64,000 nt of DNA from Hemiscyllium ocellatum. Taxonomy: Eukaryota. Where the stretch lies: contig NC_083407.1 in assembly GCF_020745735.1 (NCBI RefSeq), positions 24,419,857 through 24,483,856 of the forward strand. The letters are read 5' to 3'. Positions within the stretch are counted from its first letter, which is position 1. Each line of letters opens with the position of its first letter. Under the pieces are notes generated by a model. That model was given only the letters and a program-made list of their open reading frames with translations. It ran no database searches and had not been told where the DNA came from. The translations under genes were made by a program, and so were the position numbers. Shown here piece after piece: positions 1 through 11,645 of this stretch.

Positions 1-228
1 TCCATGCACGTGGCCAAAATCCAGAGTGACCTGGAATACAAGAAGGACTTTGAAAAAACAAAGACCAAGTTCAACATGCCAGTCGACATGCTGGACATCC
101 TGTTGGCCAAGAAGTGCCAGACTCTGGTCAGCGACATTGACTACAGACATTACCTACATGAATGGACCTGTCTGCCAGACCAGAACGATGTGATCCAGGC
201 AAGGAAGGCCTACGATTTGCAGAGTGAT
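1..228 (+). CDS. NEB: NEB exon 1 in window (5'-truncated 312-nt-type exon, approx. human exon 105)
   Basis: ...[20 protein letters not shown]...[24 protein letters not shown]; donor GAT|GTGAGT at 228/229. Confidence 0.96.
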
Positions 229-684
229 GTGAGTATTATTATATATTTCCACCTCAGTAAAAATATTTATTTGGATAATAATTATTAAAAAAAAGAATAA
301 TCTTAGAACAGTGTTTTCCAACCACGTGATGAGATATTAGCATTACTTCATTTATTTTCCAGTTGAGCTAAGGGAAGGAAATGCATCTGAAGACTAATCA
401 ACAATCTCTGGCACACAAATGTTTCATGCATTTCCCTCTTAGTGATGTTTTAGCAGAGATATCAACCTTGTAAATTCCCTACATTGTAATGGAAGGGAAT
501 TGCAGACAAAGAACAGAAGCAGTTTCTTGTATTATTAATTTTAAAGCTATTGAGATTTTTGAAGCTAAGCCACCAGCAACTAACAGTGCAGGATGATGGC
601 TACAAGTCATCAGAATACATGTGTGGTTTTCGAATGACCAGCCATGAATTAAGATCTGCTTGCATTTATATACATCTTTAACAT

Positions 685-1018
685 TCAAAGTTTGTGAGAA
701 GATTTGTAGCTTGGGTGTAGTAGGACAACACTACCATTATAGGACAAGCCAAACAGAACAGCCAGGGAATTCCTAGGGACATGGCACTCATCCACCGATT
801 CAATCAATAAGCACATCGACCTGGACCCAATATACCAACCACTGCAGCGGACAGCTGGAACTGACAACCGGAAGCGGCAGATTCAAACCACTACAAATGC
901 TGGAGGAAAGATCACAGAAGCACTTCACAGGAGGCTCCCAAGCACTGAGGATTTCACCTAGACAGGGGACAAAACGTCTGCAATACAAATTCCCAGCTCA
1001 GCGAACAGAACCACAACA
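685..1018 (+). mobile_element. Penelope-like element 3' remnant (end of GIY-YIG domain plus degenerate hammerhead), TSD-flanked
   Basis: Frameshifted DNTTIIGQAKQ..REFL..WHSSTDSINKHIDLDPIYQPL-like coding; gca-ctgagga...aaaacgtc-tgc at 942-981; 13-bp direct repeat acatctttaacat at 672-684 and 1019-1031. Confidence 0.75.
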
Positions 1019-1895
1019 ACATCTTTAACATGTCACAAGATATTTCACAAGAGCCTTATCATTGTGTGGTTACATTCAATCTTTCTTGTCTGTGACAGGT
1101 CCCTACAAAGGTGAATTCCTCTGCCCTTTTCCCAGAATCCTGTAACTGATTATTCTTCAAGTACTTACCCAATTCCCTTTTGAGAATTATACTTGAATCT
1201 AGCTCAGTCACACTCCTGCATGCACCTAACCCCTGGCTGAGTGAAAAGGTTTTTACTCACATCATCATTTGTTCTTTTGCTGTTCACCGTATATTGCTGG
1301 CCTCTAGTTCTTCAAGCTCCTGTCAATGAGAATTGTATCCTCACACACCTTCCACCCTGCTGCACCCAAAGCGCCTCCCCCGCTCCCATAATTAATCTGT
1401 GTGAATCATTCACAACTTTAAACACTTTTATCAATCTTCTACCAATCTTCACTTCTGTAAGGAGCTTCTCCCATCTATCCATTTTACTGAAGCCCCTCAC
1501 CACAGATCCATTTTCATATGTTGCCTTCACCCTTTCTCCTAAGTATTATCTCCAGAATTAGTCTTTAGTTCCACAGTTCAGGCCAAACCAGTGTTTTATA
1601 AAATATCATTTTAACTTCATCGTTTTGGTATATGCCACTATTTATAAACTCTAGCAATGCAACACTTCACACTCAATTACACTACCATCGGATTTGTGTA
1701 TATACTATAGTCTCGGGTCTCTCTGTCCTGCACCCTTTTGGACTTGCCGCCTTGATTTTATATTACCTATTCCATTTTCTGTTCCAAAAAGTATAATTTC
1801 ACATGCCTTATGACACAAAGTTGGACATTGACCTGCATAAGAAGTTAAACAGGTTTGAAAGGAGAGTAAGAAAGTGACAGAGGGAGGTAGAAGCA

Positions 1896-2130
1896 AAAAA
1901 TAGAAATTGTTGGAAAAACTCAGCAGATCTTACAGCATCTGTGGAGAGAAGGCAGAGTTAACAGCTCTGGTTGAGTGACCCTTCTTTTGAGTTTAGAACG
2001 TCAATTCTGAAGAAGGGTCACCGGACCCGAATGTTAACTCTGATTTCTCTCCACAGATGCTAACAGGCCTGCTGAGTTTTTCAGCAATTTCTGTTTCTGA
2101 TTTCCAGCATTCACAGTTCTTACAGTTTTT
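1896..2130. mobile_element. Palindromic PLE-terminus element with degenerate hammerhead
   Basis: Inverted arms (aaaaactcagcag...gcatctgtggagagaa / tttctctccacagatgct...ctgctgagttttt); ctgaaga-a-gggtc-accg-gaccc-gaatgtt at 2007-2035. Confidence 0.7.
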
Positions 2131-2455
2131 TGAAGAGAGGAAGAGGGTTCTGGGGAGGGGTTTGGGGGGAGTTCCACCATTTGGAAAATGAAGACAAAGT
2201 CCTGGAAATACTCAGTATGTCTGGTAGAATGAGCCAAGAGAGAAAAGAGTTAATGTTTTGAATCCAATGTTCTGCTTTGGAATTGTTCCAAAAAGGGGTT
2301 GTGTTGAACTTGAAACATTAACTCTGAGTTTCTCCAGCATTTTCCACGTTTATTTCAGATCTGCAGCATCTGCATATTATGCATTAGTCCAGATCTTGGA
2401 GGCTTGCCAACTGAATGCATAGCCAGCATCAATGAAGTGATTCATATCTGAGCAT

Positions 2456-3133
2456 GTCATAGAGTCTTAGAGTCATAGAGATGTACAGGATGGAAACACA
2501 CCCTTTGGACCAACCCCTCCCTGCTGACCAGATATCCCAACCCAATCTAGTCCCACCTGCCAGCAGCTGGCCCAAATCCGTGCAAACCCTTCTTATTCTA
2601 ATACCCATCCAAATGCCTTTTAAATGTTGCAATTGTACCAGCCTCCACCACTTCCTCTAGCATCTCATTCCATACCACTCTCTGTGTGAAAAAGTTGCCC
2701 CTTAAATCTCTTTTATATTTTTCTCCTCTCACCCTAAACCTATGCCCTCTAGTTCTGGACTCCCCCACCCCAGGGAAAAGGCTTTGTCTATTTATCCTAT
2801 CCAGCCCCTCATAAATTTGTAAATCTCTATAAGGTCACCTCTCAGCCTCCGATGCTCCAGGGAAAACAGTCCCAGCCTGTTCAGCCTCTCCCTTTGGCTC
2901 AAATCCTCCAATCCTGGCAACAATCTTGTAAATCTTGTCCTTACCACCCTTCTTAAACAGTGGCACCATGTTAGCCAACCTCCAGTCTTCTGGCACCTCA
3001 CCTGTGACTATCAATGATACAAATGTCTCTGCAAGAGGCCCAACAATCACTTCTCTAGCTTCCCACAGAGTTATAGGGTACCCCTGATCAGGTCCTAGGG
3101 ATTTATCCACCTTTATGCATTTCAAGACATCCA
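2456..3133 (-). mobile_element. CR1-clade LINE fragment (3' end plus internal ORF2 piece)
   Basis: Minus-strand peptides RLNRLGLFSLEHRRLRGDLIEIYK and GEVPEDWRLANMVPLFKKG; (ctatgact)n-type tail at 2456-2480. Confidence 0.9.
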
Positions 3134-3343
3134 TGTGCAAGAGACCGGAGTTAGAAGATCACAGAGAACATGGCAGGTGTACGGCTGGAGGAGTTCCAGT
3201 GTTGGACATTTATATATTTTACTGAATAAATGTAATTGGCTGTGCTAATTGATCCTGTTCTTAATTGTACATATTAAGTAATAAGATTAATCTGACACCC
3301 AATTTATTGTCTGTGACCTATGTTTCTCTGACTTTTCCTCTAG

Positions 3344-3547
3344 TTGCTGTACAAATCTGATATGGAATGGATCCGAGGCTGTGGCTGGATGCCAAATGAA
3401 TCTCTTGATGTTAAGAGAGTGCAAAGGGCTCAGGAGATTCTGAGTGAACGACACTACCGTCAGCCTCCAGAAAGGTTCAGTTTCACCAGCATTGTTGATG
3501 ATCCCAACATAGTGCAGGCTAAAATCAATGCAAACCAACTGAGTGCT
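3344..3547 (+). CDS. NEB: NEB exon 2 (204 nt, two repeats, super-repeat start)
   Basis: tttcctctag|[15 protein letters not shown]...KINANQLSA|gtaaga. Confidence 0.96.
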
Positions 3548-3661
3548 GTAAGAACACTTCAATTCTCGTAATGATCCTATGCTTTCCTCTTCATTTTATT
3601 TTAAATTAACTGTATACTAAGCATATGTTGATTTTTAAAAAAAATTCTTGTAATTGTCTAG

Positions 3662-3766
3662 GGAAAATACAAAGAAGCCTGGGAAAAAGACAAGACACAG
3701 ATTCACGTCCTTCCTGACACACCAGAGATTTTGTTGGCTAAATCCAATGCTGCTAACATTAGTCAG
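3662..3766 (+). CDS. NEB: NEB exon 3 (105 nt)
   Basis: ctag|[35 protein letters not shown]|gtaagt. Confidence 0.96.
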
Positions 3767-3847
3767 GTAAGTGTCAAATAACTAATTGCCACAAACACAA
3801 CTCAATTAACTACTAAATTGACTGGTAATGTATTTTTATTGTTAAGG

Positions 3848-4195
3848 AGAGGCAGTAGTAGAGTGGCATTATGATAGTCTATCATTCAAGGGATCCAGGT
3901 AATGTTCTGGAGACCTGGGTTCAAATCCTGCCATCACAGATAGTGGAACTTGAATTCCATAACAATTTAAAATTAAGAATCTAATGATGGTCTCAAAATG
4001 ATTGTTAGAAAAAAAATCCATCTAGTTCTATTAATGTTATTTAGGGAAGGAAACTGCCAGCCTTACCTGGTCTGGCTTCATGTGACTTGAGACCCACAGC
4101 AATGTGGTTATCTCGTATCTGCCCTCTGGGCAATTAGGGACAGGCAATAAATGATGGCTAGGTTGCTATTCCCACATATTGTGAATGAATAAAAA
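3848..4195 (+). mobile_element. tRNA-derived SINE, second family
   Basis: B-box-like gggttcaaatcc; related copies at 47860-48140 and 49276-49635. Confidence 0.7.
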
Positions 4196-4360
4196 TGGGT
4201 CCATTTAATGGCTGTACGTACATTTTTTTAAAGTCTCAACATTGGTATGGCACATACTTCCTATATTAATGGAAGTATTTTCTTTTATTTTAAATGTGTT
4301 ACATTTTCAGACAAAGGTCATGCATACAAATTAACTGTTTTAACCTCATACAAACACTAT

Positions 4361-4564
4361 GACTGCAGATGCTAGAAACCAGATTCGGGATTAGTGGTGC
4401 TGGAAGAGCATAACAGTTCAGGCAGCATCCAAGGAGCAGCGAAATCGACGTTTCGGGCAAAAGCTCTTCATCAGGATGAAGGACTTTTGCCCGAAACGTC
4501 GATTTCGCTGCTCCTTGGATGCTGCCTGAACTGCTGTGCTCTTCCAGCACCACTAATCCAGAAT
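4361..4564. mobile_element. Palindromic PLE-terminus element (~90-bp arms) with hammerhead-derived centre
   Basis: Near-perfect inverted repeat centred ~4473; gacgtttcgggcaaaagctcttcatcag / gatgaaggacttttgcccgaaacgtc. Confidence 0.85.
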
Positions 4565-4737
4565 GTGTTTGTACGGTCATCCTAAATAACACTACTTGAC
4601 CCCAAAAATCAGTCATTGGCTTTTTAAAAAATGTTGTAGCCTTACTGGAAGCAAGTTTATTCCAATTTAGCCAGACTATTTAAAACAAACTGCAGTATTT
4701 AGATTGTGAAATGAATGGTGATGATTCTCCTTTACAG

Positions 4738-4842
4738 AAACTTTACAAGGAGGGCTGGGAAGATGCAAAAAAAAGTGTTGATTATCGTGCTGATGCCATT
4801 GATATCAAACATGCAAAAGCTTCTCGAAACGTTGCAAGCGAT
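4738..4842 (+). CDS. NEB: NEB exon 4 (105 nt)
   Basis: tttacag|KLYKEGWEDAKKSVDYRADAIDIKHAKASRNVASD|gtaagt. Confidence 0.95.
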
Positions 4843-6702
4843 GTAAGTATGAATCTTTGAATGAACATTGACGTTTTTGGAAGTCCTGAGTGTATCATGT
4901 GGACAGCTCATAAAATGGCATCAGCTATTTTTAATATAGGTTGTTCTGTCATAACACGCATTTCATAAAAGCGAATTTGCTGTAACGCAATTGATAAATT
5001 GGAGATGCTGTTTCTACAGTGCAAACTTTTAAAATATGCTGTTTTAAGTGTTGTTACTAAAGTGTGATTTTTATAGAACATAGGGTTGCACAAGAACGAT
5101 ATAAAAGAACTGACAGTAGATCCACTAGAGAGCTGAAAAAAATACCAACTGAACTTAAAGCCATGCATTTATAATGTTATCTGCTCACAACAACAAGTTG
5201 CGTAAGTACTCAAATTCTAGAATATCCAAGATCAAAAGAAATCAGAGCAGGTGGAGGCAATATGGGCATTGCACCTACTGCAACATGCTGTCCAATCAAT
5301 CAAAGCTAACCTTGGCTTTCAGCTCCATTTTCTGCCCACTCCCCATATCCTTTGTTCCTCCGGCAGACCAAAAAAACTGTCTATCCCAGTCATAAATGTA
5401 TTCAAAAATGGAGCCTTCACAACCATTTGGGGCAGAGAATTCCAAAGTTTCAGAAAGCTTTGTGTGAATAACTATCTCCTCATTTCATCCTCAGCCCATT
5501 ATCCCAAGGAAGTGTCCTCTATTTTGGTTTCCCTCACCAACGAAAACAATCTCTCATCATCCACCTTATTAAGCCCTTCAGAACCTTGAACATTCCAATA
5601 TGATGGCCTCCCTCTTCTAAATGATCCTGAGAATATTGACCCTATTTGCTTAAGCTCTCATCGTAGGACAATCCTTTCACACCAGGTACTAATTTAGTGA
5701 AACGTCATTGTACTGCCTCCAGTGCAAGTACATCTTTTCTTAAATGCGGATACCAGAATTTCATAGGGATTAGTAGTGAGATTTAAATAAAATGCATGTC
5801 ATGTTAAGACAGAAGTTTGTCATAAGAGTTTGTTGTTTTACTTTAGCCTGTGTCACAATAAATTAGATCAAACTAATAACACATGTTGATGTATTTTGCC
5901 CTTAGGCTGGTAAATGAATCATGTGTCCTTCAACACTATTAACTTCAAAAATTTATCCTCACTGATATTAAAATTGACTATTATCAGATTAGATGTAAGA
6001 ATAAATTAAGTAGATCATCATTCAAAACTGTTGTATTTGCAATGTAACAAGATATAAATGTCACTTCCATTAGCTTTAACAGCATGCTAGTTTCTATTGG
6101 TTTCTCTGAGTCATGTATGATTGCTTCTGCAATTTTGAGAAACTTCACAAAAGCAGATAGTAAGGTAGCACTAAAGTAGACAAATGTATCTGAATGACAA
6201 GATATTGATCCAGAATTTACTGAGTCCATAATTATAAACAGAAGTTCAAGCCTAACAATGGGCTGATCACATTTGGGGGAAAAAAATGTGAAGAAACATT
6301 GCATTAAATGAGGGAAAACTGTGTAAAAATATCATAAATATCTAGCCTGTGAATAAGAAACAAGTGCAGAGGAAGGAACGAAACAAATATTTTTGTAATC
6401 AGTTAAGTTTTATATTTTAGCCTGTACTGCCATTGCTTAATTCAAACATTTAATCTGAAAATAATTGATATATTGTTTTAAAAATAACTTTTCTCAATTT
6501 CAATTCCAGCATAAAATTATTTATTTAATATGAAATTAATGAAAAGCTATAGGATTGATTCTTAACATCAAAACAGGGTGGGTCAGTGTCACATCAGAAG
6601 TTAAATAACAAAAAGTAGAAAAGGATCCCAAGCCATTGCAATACTTGGAATAATATTGGAGATGAGATGAAAGGTGATTATCAGTGCATTTGTTTTATTA
6701 TA

Positions 6703-6918
6703 TGGAGATGCCGGTGTTGGACTGGGGTGTACAAAGTTTAAAAATCACACAATACCAGGTTATAGTCCAACAGGTTTAATTGGAAACACACTAGCTTTTG
6801 GAGCAACGCTCCTTCATCAGGTGACAATCACCTGATGAAGGAGCGTCACTCCGAAAGCTAGTGTGCTTCCAATTAAACCTGTTGGACTATGACCTGGTAT
6901 TGTGTGATTTTTTATCTC
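6703..6918. mobile_element. Palindromic PLE-terminus element, AGCU-hammerhead family, TSD-flanked
   Basis: ~85-bp inverted arms centred ~6826; 12-bp direct repeat tgttttattata at 6691-6702 and 6919-6930. Confidence 0.85.
6829..6863 (+). ncRNA. Minimal type I hammerhead ribozyme motif (intact core)
   Basis: cac-CTGATGA-a-ggag(cgtca)ctcc-GAAA-gc-TA-gtg: stem I cac/gtg, stem II ggag/ctcc, palindromic AGCT stem III. Confidence 0.7.
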
Positions 6919-7733
6919 TGTTTTATTATAATGAGGCTACATTTTTTCGCCTATTCTATCTTCTAAATGTTTTGGCTGAGCTATGTTGGCTTCCCAAACC
7001 TAACAGCAAGGAGGAAGTGCAAAGAGCTGAAGCCATGATGTAAGTGCCTTTCCAGCACTGCTCATGGGCAAGGAAGAGCACAATTCTCTGTAATGTCACA
7101 AGAAGCTACCTATTAAACTTCTCTCTGCAATTTGTCTGCCCCCATTGACTTTAATTGATGCTTCCTGGTCATCTTCTCCCACCCCTTTCCAATGACCATC
7201 TCCTCCTCCCTAACTGCTCAAGACCTCTCCCAACCATTACTAGAATTCTCTCACCCATGCAAAATGATTGGACCACACCAACATTTTCTTAATTAGGAGT
7301 AGGATTTCCCTACTGGTAAGTGGGTATCCTCAGTTACCTTCAGATTAACACCTAGATAAAATCAAGACCTTACCTCCAGCTTTATTCCCCTTCCCCAACC
7401 TCGCACACAATCCATATCATCAGTCTTCCCGCAACTCCTCTGCCACTATCCCTGCCTACCCAATCATGTCCCTCACCATTCTAACAATCTCTCAAATTGC
7501 CCCAGTCTATGTATCTGGTCTTGTCAGCTGTGGCCTTGTGAAGATAAACTTCCAAACTGATAATTAGAAAGAGCAAGATATTCAGGAATCCATTCTTCTG
7601 GATTACCTCATTTTACAATAATGCACTGTTGTGCATGGAATTCATCTCACAGCTAAACTCCAAGACACATTTATGTTCCTACAATAAGTTAAAACACCAA
7701 GCGAAATTGATATCCTTCTGCATTTTCCCTCAG

Positions 7734-8045
7734 TACCAATACAAAGAAATCTATCGCAAGCAACTTGGTCACCACATCGGATACCGTGACATGTATGATG
7801 ATCCCAAAATGGTTTGGTGTATGCATGTCGGCAAGATGCAGAGCGACAAGGAGTACAGGAAGGAATTTGAAAAAACTAAAGCCAATATTAACGTGCCAGC
7901 TGACATGATGGACATTGTAATGGGCAAGTTATGTCAGACTCGGGTCAGTGAGATTGACTACAGACATTACCTACATGAATGGACCTGCCTGCCAGATCAG
8001 AATGATGTCATCCAGGCAAAGAAAGCATACAGTTTGCAAAGTGAT
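7734..8045 (+). CDS. NEB: NEB exon 5 (312 nt, three repeats)
   Basis: ccctcag|YQYKEIYRKQLGHHIG...AKKAYSLQSD|gtgagt. Confidence 0.96.
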
Positions 8046-8339
8046 GTGAGTAAAAATAAATAATGATGTTTGTTTTTTGCCATGAAATTTCACCTTGAAT
8101 CATATGTACCTGAATGCATTCCATGTCCAAGTGCAGCAAGACACGGACAATATGCAGACTTGTGCTGAAAGGTGGCATGTAGCATTCATGCCTCACAAAT
8201 GCCAGTCAATGACCATCCTCCATAAGAGGCAATCTAATCATATCCCCATGACTTTCGATGGTGTCACCATCATTGAATCCCCCACTATCAACATCCTGGA
8301 GGTTCCCATTGAATACTGACTGAATTGGACCAGCTATAT

Positions 8340-8875
8340 AAAACCATTGAGGTTTTTGAAGATGTGACAAAGATTGATGAAGTCAGAGCAGTATATGTTA
8401 TCTGTGTGGATTTCAGCAAAGCATCCAACAGGGTTCCACTTGGTAGACTGATTAGCAAGGTTAAATTGTAAGGGATCCAGGGAACTTAGCCAACTGGTTA
8501 CAAATTGGGAGAATGGTTAGCAAGGTTAACTTACATAGGAATCGGGGGAGTTAGCCAACTGAATACAAAATTGATAGACTGATTAGCAATGTTAAATTAC
8601 ATGGGATCATGGAGAGTTAGCTAACTGGATACAAAATTGGTAGACTGGTTAGCAAGGTTAAATCACATGGGACTGGGTGAGTTAGCTAAATGGTTACAAA
8701 GTTAGCTTGAAAATAGGGGACACAGGATGGTAGAGGGTTGCGTTTTGGACTGAAGGCCTGTGACCAGTGGTGTGCCACAAGGACTGATGCTGGGTCAACT
8801 TTTTTTGACATTTTATATAAGTGATTTAGATGTGAATATAGGAGGTATTGTTAGTACGTTTGCAGATGACACCAC
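8340..8875 (+). mobile_element. Degenerate CR1 RT fragment containing a 4-copy ~66-nt tandem duplication (8440-8701)
   Basis: DFSKA...VPQG...FADDT-like coding; units start at 8440, 8505, 8571, 8637. Confidence 0.8.
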
Positions 8876-9229
8876 AGATATGCCTAGTTGTGAGTCCTCC
8901 CTTTTAATTGGAAGCCAAATACATCAATCCAGCTGACCACCAGATAGGGAACTTGCAGAATTAAATCCCAACTTTGAGGTTTCCCATCTGAATCTCTTCC
9001 TCACGTATCCACCCCAATACTTAAGATCTCATAGAGACATCTTTGTTAAAATTCCTTCTGGCATTCATTTCTCCTCGTATTGAAAATGGAGTGCAACATA
9101 TAGTTTGAGGGAGAAATGGAAAGAGTTGAAGTGATACAGAGTATTAATAATTCACCAATAACAATAATCATAACTGAGTAATTCAGAAATGGAAAAAAAA
9201 CTAAGAATAATCGATTTTCTTCTCATTAG

Positions 9230-9334
9230 GTCAATTACAAAGCAGATATGGAATGGATGCGTGGAATTGGATGGATTCCAACAGACTCTATAGATGTTAA
9301 GAAAGTAAAGCATGCCCAGGACATCTTAAGTGAT
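9230..9334 (+). CDS. NEB: NEB exon 6 (105 nt, super-repeat start)
   Basis: cattag|[35 protein letters not shown]|gtaagt. Confidence 0.96.
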
Positions 9335-10620
9335 GTAAGTATAAGAAATCCCGAACATCATATGATCAGCAGCATAAGATAGTGCATAATGACTCTCACT
9401 TTGGTAAAATGGTCACTGACAGCTATGCCTATGATTTATTTTGATATTTTTGAGTATATTTTGCACTGATCTGCCATGGATATATAATAATGCACAGACA
9501 TAATCTTCAGCCTCACTGCTTCTTTGGTAAACTGGCAGAGTTAACTTACATGGCCATTACAGACCCACAAATTTACATTACGGTTGAAATCAATAGTGAT
9601 TTTATTTTTGTAAGGCACAATCTGCCAGAATAGCACGCAAGTTGCAAACATAGAAATTAATTCCAAGTGTTCCTATTACATTCACTCTTCATCTAATTGT
9701 CACCACTAGATTTTATCAAATTGAGCTGAAAATCCTCTGCTGCATAATCTTCTAAGAGTTTAAATATTAAAATGTGCCACAGATAGAATTCATTTATTCA
9801 AATTTAGTCTTGTATTAAAATGGTACAAAGGAGGTCTTCAACAGCAGCTGAACTGAAACAAGGTCAGCTTCACTAGAATGAGTAATGTTCTAACAATGCT
9901 CAAGAATTTCAACTCCATCTAGGACAGAGCAGCCCTTTGACCAGCATCTTATCCTCCAGCTTAAATATTCAATTCTCCCTACCACTGACACACAGTGGTA
10001 GTGGTGTCTACTGTATATAGGATGCATCATAGCAACACACTAAGCCTCCTTTGACAGACTTTCCAAATTCATGACTTCTACAATGTAGAAAGACAAGATT
10101 TAGCAGAAAGTCTTCAAGCCACACATAATCCTGACCTGGAACTAACTGTTCTGCCACTCTTACATTGTCACTGGATTGAAATCCTGGAATTCTCTCCCTC
10201 ATCACCCTGCGACATATCTATGCCAAATGGACTGCAAAGTTTCAAGAAAACAGCTTGAACATAGGGTTGGGCAAAAACCATTCCCATGAATGACTAAAAA
10301 AGTTGTTGCAGAAGTGAGAATCTGATGGCATGGATATGTGATCAGTAGCTTACCTTGGGGTCAAATATGATACTAAGTTTGAAAACAGACTGATTTAAGT
10401 CTTACACTACTGCCAAAGCAAAGAATGGAGCCAGTAGCAGTGAATGGAATGGGCCAAAAGTAAAGGCTTCAATTTTGCCAATGTTTAATTGGAAAAAATT
10501 TCTGCTTATTGATTGTGAAACCATGTAGTTTGACAACTTAACAACAGTGGAGGAAGCAAAAGGGTTTTTGATAAGATAGAGCTGTATCTCATCAGGATCC
10601 ACATGAAAACTAACATTCTA

Positions 10621-10950
10621 GGGCAGCACTGTGGTTAGCACTGCTGCCTCAGAGCCCCAGGGACCTGGATTTGATTCCAACCTTGGGCAACTGTCTGTGT
10701 GGAGTTGGCATGATCTCCCCATGTCTGCGTGAGTTTCTACTGGGTGGTCTGATTTGCTCCCACAGTCCAAAGATGTGCATGTTAGGTAGATTGGCCATGC
10801 TAAATTGCCCATAGTGACCAGGGATATATAGGCAAGTGGGTTAGCCAAGGAATTGCAAGGATGGGGTGGTCTGGGTGGGATGCTCTTCAGAAGGTCAACA
10901 TAGACTCGATGGGCCAAGGGGCCTGCTTTCACAATGTACGGAGTCTATAC
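10621..10950 (+). mobile_element. tRNA-derived SINE (elasmobranch HE1/V-SINE-like)
   Basis: gtggttagcactgctgcctc head, ctgtctgtgtggagtt core, CR1-like tail; six related copies in the window. Confidence 0.85.
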
Positions 10951-11347
10951 TGTCAGCTAATGTTGACAAGTGACAGCACATAGATGAGAAATACACGGGT
11001 CCAAGGATTAGATGGGAGATGCCAGTCAAAATAACAGGAACAATAAGGGAAGCCTTTACAAGCAATGAACTGGTTATGGTAGATTGATAAGACTGGAAAC
11101 AGATGAAAGCATTCCCAGCCCCTGCTGGCGGATAGTAGAGAGAGACTTCAGATGAGGACGTGATAGATATGGCAATCTCATCGTCCATGCAACTAATTGA
11201 AATAAATTTCATGGAGAGAAGCTTTGAATTTGGAATGATACTTGAAACATTTAGAAAATGTTTCAGTCCATCATGCTTGCGCTGGTTTTGCACAACAGAA
11301 GGAACCTTTTATTCTTTCAGTTAATCATTTTCTGTTGTTTTCAACAG

Positions 11348-11446
11348 AGAAATTACAAGACAAAAGCGGATACTCTCCATTTTACACCAGTGACAGACAG
11401 AGTTGATTACGTTACAGCTAAACAGAGTGGGGACATTCTGAATGAT
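11348..11446 (+). CDS. NEB: NEB exon 7 (99 nt)
   Basis: caacag|RNYKTKADTLHFTPVTDRVDYVTAKQSGDILND|gtgagt. Confidence 0.95.
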
Positions 11447-11543
11447 GTGAGTGCCTGTCCTGCTGCCTCTAATTATGCTAGTTTCCACTATGGTAAAATC
11501 TTGTTGCTGTTATGTCTCATAAGTGCTCCCCTTTAATGATTAG

Positions 11544-11645
11544 ATCAAGTACCGTGAAGCCTGGCACGCCTGTAAGACCAAGTACACGCTGGTGGATTCA
11601 CCAACAATGGTTGCAGCACGGGATGCAGCTCGAAACCTTAATGAA
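11544..11645 (+). CDS. NEB: NEB exon 8 (102 nt)
   Basis: gattag|IKYREAWHACKTKYTLVDSPTMVAARDAARNLNE|gtaagt. Confidence 0.94.

Noticed and set aside
4361-4564. Long hairpins as miRNA precursors or classical MITEs
   Set aside because: Arms match PLE termini and the family has variable-length TSDs; small-RNA production cannot be judged from sequence
4738-4842. Exon 4 is 105 nt while the equivalent exons 9, 14, 20 and 26 are 108 nt; possible assembly error in the A-run
   Set aside because: Frame and splice sites are intact; a one-codon indel is within normal repeat variation
8440-8701. CRISPR-like repeat array
   Set aside because: Contiguous tandem units without unique spacers, inside a eukaryotic LINE; no cas genes
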